Shown here in pieces: positions 11,001-20,000 of a DNA stretch of 20,000 nt. The notes beneath the pieces were generated by a model that saw only the letters and a program-made list of their open reading frames with translations, was not told the origin of the DNA and made no database searches. The translations under genes were made by a program, and so were the position numbers. The stretch is from Rhizaria sp. SCN 62-66 (Eukaryota): assembly GCA_001724265.1 (NCBI GenBank), contig MEDY01000135.1, positions 46,524 to 66,523 on the forward strand, written 5' to 3'. The number at the start of each line of letters is the position of its first letter. Within the stretch, counting starts at the first letter, position 1.

Positions 11001-14000
11001 TCAACATCACTTGCCATCGGGGCGAGCACGACAACCGCCTTTAAGGTGCGCGCGATGTTGAAGACACTCGAAGGCGTATCGTTCTTTAATGATACCGATA
11101 AGTACAACGCTGCTGCGCTGCGTCAGTGGGGCGAGGAAGTGTTTTTGTACCCTGAGCACGCGTTTGACGCGCGCACATGGAAGGCCGGTACGTTTATGGC
11201 TGTCAACTCGCCGATGCACTCCACCGGCATCGACAGCGCGTTGGAGCCCAACCAGTCGCTCCTGCTCATCCTTCGCATCGAGTATTCGTTCAGCACAGCG
11301 CTGGGTTTGGCTGCACCGACTTATGTTGTCGACATGCTGCAAACAAGCGGCGATACAGGTGTAGCGCTTATCACTATCCCTGGCTATCCGTTCAAGAACG
11401 AGTACTTCACTCGGTACGCTTTTAAGCCAATTCTGATGCTGCGTTCGCGGCTCCCGCCCATTGGCATGCCTTCGCCGCGATCGTCTTTGTCACTGTACTC
11501 GCGCCCGCAGCTCGATGACCTATGGGTCTTCTCCGCGTCACTTCTCCAGTGGCGTTTGCAGTACGGTTTTCCCACCGCTCTCAAGCGCAACGTTGTTTCG
11601 GGCTCCCAACGGCAGTCCGGTGTCGACTACCATTGGCCCGGCGCGCGTCAACAGGCGTCACTTATGATTCCGACATCGTTTACCACCGCTACAACCGCGT
11701 CGGCGTACGACGTGTCACTGTTCCTGCACGGCGGTTACGCCGTATCCCCCACGGTCCACGAGGACTACGAGCTTGGACTCAACCCAGATGCCCCCATCGC
11801 ATTGCACCGGCGTCGCATCACGTTCTACGATGACCTGTGGTCGATCGACATGGGGCCGCAGGTTATTGACAGCGCGGCGCCCGGCGCAGCGGCGTATTCG
11901 ACGAACTCGGGGGCCTCCACCGCGGGGCTGAACCTTTACACACGTGGAATGCCAGTGTATGACGAGTTCATGTACTCGCGGTTGTCGCAGTCGCTCGGCA
12001 ATACGTGTCCCTCGAGCTCCAGCTGCGCATCCACGGCCACGTGTTTGGCGGGCGGCGGGTCTTACTTCTGCCGCTGTGCGTCGTACACATTCGGTGCGAG
12101 CTGCAACAACACTGCGCAAGAAATTGCTCTTATGCAAGGCATGTTCAAGCCGATCGGAGGCACCACGACTCTGGCCTCTCTCGACTTACAGGCGCAGCAC
12201 AGGCCCTTTAGCGCGGTCGCAGTGCACCCCGTGACGAAGGAGGTGTGGGGCTACGGTGGCGTCACATCTAACTCTGATCACGGGCCGCGCATACAGTCAT
12301 CGTTAGTCCGCACAAACCTCGCCTTACGGACACACTCTGAAGTGTCGTACGTGCGGGGGCAGACACAAAGCGAACAGCTCTCGTTCACTACTTCAGTGAC
12401 TGGCTTCTACCCCGTTAAGGAGGTCGGTGTGACGTACGCGTCCGCCACGGAACCCCCCCCGTCCGCTGACGCTATGATGTCTTTTTCCCCCTCTGGCAAC
12501 GCGCTCTATTTGTACGCAGAGAGTCTCGTGTGCTCACCGGGTGTGTGGTGGTTCAACACATCTTCTCTCACATGGGCATCGATTGGCAGCTTCATCTCTG
12601 AGAACTACCCCGCGACGAACGATCACAGTGCAGTTTATGGCAGCTACGGTCAGTACAATTATTCGTACCACCCCGACGCGCGGCAGGGTGCGGCCAAGGC
12701 GAGTCGCCCCGGTTTGATGTGTCTTTATTCGGGTTCGCAAGTCTACTTCCCCGACTTTTCCGCCGGCACTAATGATGACTTATGGTGCGCGCGCACGACT
12801 GATGACCCCGCAGGGATCACTTGGTCGCGTTTGGCGGGATTGACGAGCCGCAAAGTCGCTGGCTTGCTGCCCGTAGCCGCACAGCCCGGCGAGTTTAGCA
12901 CCGTGTGCACGCCTGGTGCACGTGTTGGCGCTTCGCTGGCTTTCTCGACCGATGGCTATTATCTGTACCTCTTCGGCGGCAGCTTGGTGCAGTATGGAAG
13001 CACAGCACAGGCGCTTATGGCTGATTTGTGGGTGTTTTCGATAACCAACATGACATGGGCCTATCTTTCCGGCCCCACAGAGCCTGTCACATCGCTCATG
13101 TCGTCGCATGCCTCGAGTCACTCAATCACCTCAGGCTCGCCCTCGCGGTTGCAGTACCCCGGCGCGCGCATGTTTGCCTCCATGGCAGTCTCCGGCGACG
13201 ATATGCTCTACGTCTCTGGCGGTATTAGGCTTCCCACGGAAGGCACAGGCGCAACCATGGTTGAAAAGACTACGTTTGCGACTTTCGTTCGTCCATTGCA
13301 CGACACGAACACAACGCTGCCGACAGCGGTGTGGGCGCCGTCATTCACCAACAAGACAGCTGCACTTGCGTGGGTGTCGATTGAAGTTGAGACAGGCGCT
13401 GAACCTATAACAAATCAGTGGTTCTGGAGCACAAACTTCATTAACAACGGCCGCTTTGGCACAAGTATGGTTTTTCTCCCGTCGACTATTAGTGTAGAGG
13501 CTCCGTTTGCGACTGACAACACGATCATGACAATGACAGCGGGAATGCAGATGCGCGGTTCCGTCGTCGCTGCTACTGCGTATTACCCATATTTCTCGTT
13601 CCCGCTTTATGACAGCGAAACCGCTGGTCTCGTGCTGCGCACGTCGCCGTGCCGTGTGAATCCATGTCTGAATGACGGTGTCTGTACGATCTGCGCTGCC
13701 GAGGATGCTATGTGCTCCAAAGGTTACATTGACACTGGTATTACATCCTCAGCGTACCATTGTATTTGCTCGACGCGATTTTTTGGTCGCCACTGTGAAC
13801 TCACGCGCGAAACTTATAGGCCCCCATCGGCAGCAACCTCACTCCCGTGTTTCCAGAACGCTGAGTTTGGAACGTCGATCTCAAGCCCGTGTCAGTGTAT
13901 CATCACCAGTCCTGCATCTTTTTTCGGTGTTTTTTGCTCACCTCTTGTTTCGTATTCGATCTATCACAATATCTCAAGCATAAATGACTTGAATCTCGCC

Positions 14001-17000
14001 ACTGACGCAGCTATTGCTGTTGTTCACAATGCCCCCGAGTTCATGTCACTCTCGCTTGGTGCAGAGATTAACAGTACTGTGATCTTCGTTGCCGGTGGCT
14101 CTACTGAACCCAGCAGCTGGGTTACTTCGGATGTGCTCACAGCAGTACTTGTCACGTCACGCACCACAGTCAAAGTCCACCCTCCAACGAGTAACAACAG
14201 CACTAAGGCGATCTACTCGGGCCCCAACACGTACATCGGCCGCCACATCGGTGCCACACTTGTCTACTCACGCTCTTCGGGAATGCTGTTTCTCTACGGC
14301 GGGCTTCATTTTGACCCCACAGGCACGCGGCGTAACCTATACGAGCGCCACTGGCTCATCACGCCTGGCGCCATGGGAACAGTGCGGCTGCCTCAGATCC
14401 TCACGCTCGAGTCACGCCGGGACGTGGTTCAGATCAGGTACAAGCTGGACACCCCCTCACAGGTCACGAGTGTGGATCAATCGGGCCTCACGTTTCACAG
14501 TCGCTCCGACCTCTCTGTTTACCCTGTAGGCACCCCCGGCGCGCGTGCGTACCACTCTGCCGCCGCGGTAACGATCGGTGAAGTCGAGTGGATTTACATG
14601 TTCGGTGGCGCAGTAATCAACTCAGGCGACACTGACGTCGAGTATCTCTCTGACTTGTGGCGTCACCGCGCGCTTGCCTCGGGCACTGTGCAGTGGGAGT
14701 ACGTTGGCTGCTCTCTCGACACCGGATACTTACCTCCGGCCAACATCACGATAGGCGCTTCGCTTGATATCAAGGATGGGTGCCCGATGGCGCGCTCGCA
14801 CACCCAGCTCGTCGCTGTTGGCAACACGCTCTGGCTTGTCGGCGGCCGCGGTGTGCGCGGCGGGTACGATGACGTGTGGTCGTTCAACACGGAGACGGAG
14901 GTCTTCACACTCCGCTCAGGCCTCGCTCTCAAACCTCTTCCCGCAACGTCGTCGAAACATCTCATCAGTGCTTTCACGGGCGATGTGGCGACTACGACCA
15001 TGGGTTCTCGGTACGCACACCGTTGTGACGTGCTGCCGACGGGTACTTCCGTGTACTGCTACGGCGGTTTGACTGCACATGGTGTGGCGGCTGATATGTA
15101 CCGCCGTATTTTGCCGATTAATCTTGCCAAGCATGTTCATTACATTGGCATGAACGATGTGGTTAATCCCTTCACTCTTACGAGGTCGGGTCTCTTCGTC
15201 GCGTTGCTCCCAGTGGCGCACCTTGATGCACCAGGTCTGACGACGCAGAAGCAGACGATTTATGGCGTGACTTTTTTTCTGGCTGACGATTATGACATGA
15301 CGAGCGATGCAATGACCGAGCTCGTGTTATCCATCGGCTATCTTGCAGCCGCGCCCACAGATGAACCGAAGGATATTGACGTGCCGCTGTCAAAGACGAC
15401 ACACTTGATCAAGGCATCAACATTCACCAACCCGCGCACATTTCAGTTCAGCTTACAAGCACCGGTCGAGCGGACGGCGTCGTCTCAGTATCTTGTGATC
15501 CGAATGAGTCTGTCAGTCACTAGGCCAACAAGGATCGATACACGGTTTGCGTTTGGTTCCACTGCAACAATAATTAGTCAAGTTCCCAACACCACAAACG
15601 ATTATTTCACAACCTACAACAATTCGCGCACCAAGACGTGCTTTTTCTTCAACAAGGACTACAGCTAGACGTATGAGACAACTATAATCCCACAGATTAG
15701 GCTACAAATGCAGCCACCTGCTGAGCAGCAGGGCCACACGACTGTTGCTGAGCTCATCAAAATCGACACGACATCCGGGCTTATTTCCCAGGTCTTTGGA
15801 CCCTCAACGCAGGGCAGTGTGCCGCTGTCTTTGTCCAAGGCGAGCATCTTTGCGCGCCCCACTGACGTGCCGAACCTTCCCGACTCCGTGCTGGAGCCGC
15901 TCGATGGCGGTGTGGCCGTTGCAGCTGGTATTTTAACAACCGACTTCTATGCATCGTCAAAGTTTGTACGGCCGTGGACAGTACCGGCGGCTGCGCTGCC
16001 TGTGTTTGCGATGTTGCCACTTGGAAAACCCACTCTTGATCTCATTCCTTCGTTCATTGTGTCGTCGGGCATGTGGCGAATGGAGACAGCGCTGTCAGGC
16101 ACGACGTGGTCTGGTTCTCACATCATGCTCAGCCGCTCGTCGCCGATTACGCAGAGCAACCAAGTCTTTTCCGCGCAAGGCATGAACACAATTTTTGGAG
16201 GCGTGCGCCCTGCGTACTACACTAACACTGTCCCTGAATCGCCTTATCCTGTTGTGACTGCAGCGACCTTTGCTGCGACAATGACGAGCGTTGAGCTTCT
16301 TTTCACCACAACCACGCAGCAACCGCGCTACAGCACATCAGCGTCGGCTGAAAACTGTGCTCTAATGTTTCCCGCCGCGAACCTTGCACACTTCGGCAGC
16401 GGATATACATGTGCGTGGTTAACTCCCTCTGCGTTAAGTATCACACTTGGCGCATCTTTTACTCTGCGCCCCGACGACACGTTAACTGTACTCGGTGATG
16501 TCATCCGTAGCGGCAGTACACTTGCTGAGGGACAGACCCCGCTGTATCTGCCCGAGACTGACTTGCTCGTTATAACTGCGACTACTCCTGTAGTGCCGAC
16601 TGTTGCACTCACAGGCTACAATACGGTCGGACCCTGCGAGGGGCTTACGCTCAGTTCCGCTGGCAGTGTTCACGCCGGTGGCCTTGCCTTTGAGTATGCT
16701 TGGAGCATTACTGGCACGGCGGCGCAGCAAGACAAGCTCGCCGCCATCGTGAGTGCGGCGTACGGTTCCCGTAATAGCAGTATCCCGTTTACTGCAACTA
16801 CGTCACCGCTCTATGCGCCCACGGTTACTGTGCCCGTGGGCGCGATGGTGGAGCTGTTTGGCGCCACAGGGGAGGAGACTACAACGGCGACGTTCACGCT
16901 GCAACTCACCACGTGGTTTGGAAAAACTTCTACAACAAGCTTCTCAGTTTCTCGTGCAGCGTCGATGTTACCTCAAATCTCCATTGCCGGCGGTACGCGC

Positions 17001-20000
17001 GTTGATGTTAAGCCACCGCGCAACGTGCTAGTGAATGCGCTTATATCTCGTGTCGGCCTCTGCTCCGGCGCTATTGTTCGCACCGATATTACATACAAGT
17101 GGAACCAGGTGCTCAGTGATGGCGAGCAGACTGTTAATTTCACTGGCAGTCTTGCATCGCTTCGTGTGCGCGCATATGACTTGCCCGCGCGATCAGCGCC
17201 ATACGTCTTCCGCGTTTTTGTGTCTGATACTGATACTACCACTGGCATGACGTACAACAATTCCGACACCGTCAACGTCTATGTCACGGCATCCCCACTG
17301 CGTGCAGTGCTCACGGGCGGCGATAAGGTCCACAGCTCTGCCGTCACACTTAAACTCTCTGCTTCAACTTCGCGCGATCTAGATGTTAACCCCACGGTCA
17401 GCTCCCAGTCTTTGAATCTCACATATGCGTGGGTGTGCCGTGACGCTTCCAACGCGTCAGTTCCATGTTTCCCCTCCTCGTCGGGAGTAACTGAGCCGAC
17501 AACTGCGGACTGGGAGCTTCCATCGATGCAACTAAAAAAATCACAGGTGACACAAATGCTCTTTACGGTGACTGTGAGTAAGGACTCGCGCAATGCTACT
17601 GCGACGTCGACGGTGACCCTTGTTTCGGAGCAAAAGTATAGCGTGACTATCAATGTGCCGGACCGTGCGCAAATGCTGCAACAGAATCCTATTGTGTTGA
17701 CTGCGGTCGTCGCAAAGATGAGCGGCCCAGGTACGGCTGCTAGCGAGACTGAAAAACCGCTGCCACTTTGGAGCTGCGACACGCGCAATGCCAATATTGA
17801 CGAGGCTGGCATCGTGCTCTTCTCCGGCGCGTTCCCATCGACAGATAACTCGGGTAACATGGTGCACACGCTGACGCTCGCCGGTGAGAAGCTTGTTGCA
17901 GGCATTGCGTACACGTTCCGTCTCTCGCTGTACCCTAATAATTACACTGACACACCGACACAGGCAGAAATTCAGGACTTACCTGTTGGCGCACTGCCCG
18001 ACGAGCTAGTCTCTGCACACGCGTCTTTCAGCATCAACGTCCCGCCGCGCTCTGGCCGCTGTTTTGCCGTCTTCTCTAATCCTGAGGCGATTACTGCAAT
18101 GTCAAACCAACCTTTTACGCTGCAGTGCAGTGGCTGGGAAGATGACGACGGCGATATGCCGTTGACATATCACTGGTATACTGAGTCAAAGCGCGTTTTA
18201 CGCGATGTGGTTAAGAGCAATTGGGTTGAAATCGGCATGGCTCTGCCTTCGCCAACGCTTTCCGTGACGCTCCTTGCGGGTCACGTTGACGACGACTACA
18301 GCCGCACTGTCGCCGTCTACATCACCGACGTCTGGGGCGCTCAGACACGTGTTGAGATTGTCGTGCCCTTCGCTCCACCACCAGAGTCGTTGAAGTGGCA
18401 TGCGTCTCCGTCTTTATACGCCATACTTGAGGACTCTGATGCAGTACAGACTGAGATTGAAACGCTTTTCACGGAGCTCGATGATGCGGTTGAGCTTTCT
18501 GACATCACCACAGTCACACAAACTGTGCTTCGTATCACTGACACTCTTGACTCAGCGAGTGTCACTGCTGAGGAGAATGTGGTTTTCCGTGTTCGTCTGC
18601 TTGCGACTGTGCGCAATGTAGCGACGATGTTTACAATTTCGCAAGATGCACGCCGCGCTGTGGCTGCGCTTGATGAGTCTACCCGCGCTGCTGCTGCTAA
18701 TAGCACGGAGACGATGAGCGATACAAACCAGTTCAACAAGGGCTCAGGTTATTCCGAAGTTGCGATCGAGTTGTTGACGCAGCTCTGCGGCGATGGTAAG
18801 CACTTAAACAGCGATGCGCGCACACAGGTAATGCAGTTCCTGATCTCGCAGACGTCATCATTGGCGTCACTAGACGCGTTCAATGGGATGCAGACTGCGA
18901 CGGCAGACTCGGCGCTTGTGACGACTCAAATGGTTATTGACGCGTTTGCTAATGAGATTACTGGGCTAAACCGCAACATGACGCTCAATAATGCAACTTC
19001 CGACGCAACAGTAGATGGCGCGCGCATGATTGCGCTTCAAAACGAGGCTGCAAGCATTGTCAACGTAATCGAGCAGCAAATGAATGTGCTCGCAATGGGC
19101 TCGATTGCGCAACAAGCTGTTGGACAAGAAGCCGCTCACACAGTCAAGTTTGCTGGTCTTTCCGTTGTATCGTATGCTTTTGCGACTGCACTAGCTCCAT
19201 CAAGCATGGAGTCACAGATGCCCAACACCGTTGACTCTGGCGCTGAGCCCGTTATGGCTCGCGTGACGATGCCGCCGTCGATTAATTCTCTCAACATGAG
19301 TGCTATGCAGGTCGTTATGGTCATGATTGAGGACTCTGCGATCTTCAACCTTGCTGGCATGGATGCTAACACGTATCTCAACGGTTCTGAGTCGTCGCCC
19401 CTGTTGGCGTTCACTGTGTTTAATCGTGCTCTCTCGACTGTGGGCGAAATGACTGTGGGTGAGAATGTCACTGTGCCAGCGCAGCAGCCCATCAAGTTCA
19501 ATCTTTCTGGCAGCAGTACTGTTGGCTACATTATGGCTGGTCGTCCGTTTGCGACGCTTGCTGCTGATGCGGGTGAGTTTTTTACTCTTCAAGTGCCACA
19601 CTCTGCGCCGACGTGGCCCGACGTCAACTTCGTTTGTGAGTGGTGGGACGCCAATGCCGACGGTGTTGGCGGCCAGTGGAGCACGAAAGGCTGTAAGCTT
19701 GTTTCTGTCTCGAGCACCAACACGACGACGACGTGCCAGTGCACTCATCTGACTCTATTCCGCGTGCGGCTCGACTTCAACAACTTTTTGCCCAAATTCA
19801 ACACATTGGACGCGGATGATTTCAAGAACCTCACTTGGACCAACATCAAGGCGCACCCGCTGCCGCTCATCACGTGCGGCGTCTGGTTCGGCGCATACCT
19901 GATCTTTGCGTTCATCGCGGCGATGATTGATCGTCGCAAAGACGCGCGCGCGCTGCGTCACTACCACGGTGAGTGGAGTGACCCACAGCGCAAGCAGTGG
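8016..20000 (+). CDS. giant polycystin-1/PKDREJ-like cell-surface receptor (signal peptide - Kelch blades - EGF - REJ - GAIN/GPS - TM), >3995 codons, 3'-truncated by the window, with two in-frame TAG codons
   Basis: ATG 8016 begins a signal-peptide-like stretch (MLRCFRFLSAHLPMLLLLLSSLSIFLLQVSA). Track ORFs 7971..9881 and 9969..15668 and the unlisted open stretch 15669..20000 share one frame. The 3' part translates to REJ motifs, a complete GPS motif and a TM helix. Confidence 0.85.
9879..9881 (+). other. in-frame TAG no. 1 (codon 622 of the giant gene)
   Basis: ...TAT AAT AAC GGA TAG TTC GTT CCC GTT... = LYNNG*FVPVAGDYHPDLHPAARHSASLAFDAALEVLWLYGG. Confidence 0.95.
12006..12104 (+). other. 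EGF-like domain 1
   Basis: CPSSSSCASTATCLAGGGSYFCRCASYTFGASC: six Cys with the C-x-C-x5-G-x2-C ending. Confidence 0.85.
13650..13937 (+). other. EGF-like domain 2 (with insertion) and a degenerate third EGF-like module
   Basis: PCRVNPCLNDGVC...YHCICSTRFFGRHCE, then PCFQNAEFGTSISSPCQCIITSPASFFGVFC. Confidence 0.8.
15666..15668 (+). other. in-frame TAG no. 2 (codon 2551 of the giant gene)
   Basis: ...AAG GAC TAC AGC TAG ACG TAT GAG ACA... = FNKDYS*TYETTIIPQIRLQMQPP; the frame then stays open to base 20000. Confidence 0.95.
16590..18365 (+). other. REJ module (Ig/FnIII-like repeats of polycystin-1-family proteins)
   Basis: Translated motifs: PTVALTGYNTVGPCEGLTLSSAGS...FEYAWSI; VTASPLRAVLTGGD...LKLSASTSRDLD...LTYAWVC; INVPPRSGRC...FTLQCSGWEDDDGDMPLTYHW; VYITDVWGA. 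Boundaries are approximate. Confidence 0.85.
19635..19760 (+). other. GPS motif (end of GAIN domain) with HL|T autoproteolysis site at 19746-19754
   Basis: CEWWDANADGVGGQWSTKGCKLVSVSSTNTTTTCQCTHLTLF matches C-x-x-W...W-x3-G-C...C-x-C-x-H-L-T-x-F. Confidence 0.92.
19857..19929 (+). other. first transmembrane helix after the GPS
   Basis: PLPLITCGVWFGAYLIFAFIAAMI followed by the basic stop-transfer stretch DRRKD. Confidence 0.85.

Larger units (their letters stand above)
9612..15105 (+). other. Kelch-type beta-propeller blades in about three clusters (approx. 9612-11850, 12200-13230, 14070-15105)
   Basis: Recurring P-x-A/G-R...hh(Y/F)GG...(D/A/S)DLW units, e.g. PAARHSASL-LWLYGG-FDDLWSY, PGGRVFAAM-VYLYGG-LDDLWVF, PGARVGASL-LYLFGG-MADLWVF, PGARAYHSA-IYMFGG-LSDLWRH, PMARSHTQL-LWLVGG-YDDVWSF. 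Confidence 0.85.

Noticed and set aside
7971-15668. Treating track ORFs 7971..9881 and 9969..15668 as two separate genes
   Set aside because: They share a frame, are separated by a single TAG, the gap encodes a Kelch PxAR motif, and there is no AT-rich intergenic spacer like those between the real genes.
9879-15668. Pyrrolysine or selenocysteine insertion as the explanation for the in-frame stops
   Set aside because: Sec uses UGA, not UAG. Pyl machinery is not known in eukaryotes and nothing in this window supports it.

Overview
This is eukaryotic (protist-like) nuclear DNA: GC-rich exons, AT-rich spacers and GT-AG spliceosomal introns. It holds four protein genes. (1) The 3' part of a low-complexity protein with hydrophobic segments and charge-segregated tracts (<1..2088, +, ends TGA). 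(2) An intron-containing ALY/REF (THOC4/Yra1-like) mRNA-export adaptor (4116..2619, -, ends TAA). (3) A divergent 7-TM THH1/TOM1/GPR137-like protein (4530..6691, +, one intron, ends TAA). (4) A giant, apparently intronless polycystin-1/PKDREJ-like receptor (8016..>20000, +) with signal peptide, Kelch-type blades, EGF modules, REJ module, GAIN/GPS autoproteolysis site and a first TM helix. The ORF track splits gene 4, but all pieces lie in one frame of 3995 codons broken only by two in-frame TAG codons (9879-9881 and 15666-15668), with no TAA, TGA or frameshift. Protein motifs continue across both TAGs, and none of the three genes that terminate here ends in TAG. The leading hypothesis is that UAG is decoded as sense (variant nuclear code, UAG-to-UGG editing, or readthrough). 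Recent pseudogenisation or sequencing error is not excluded.
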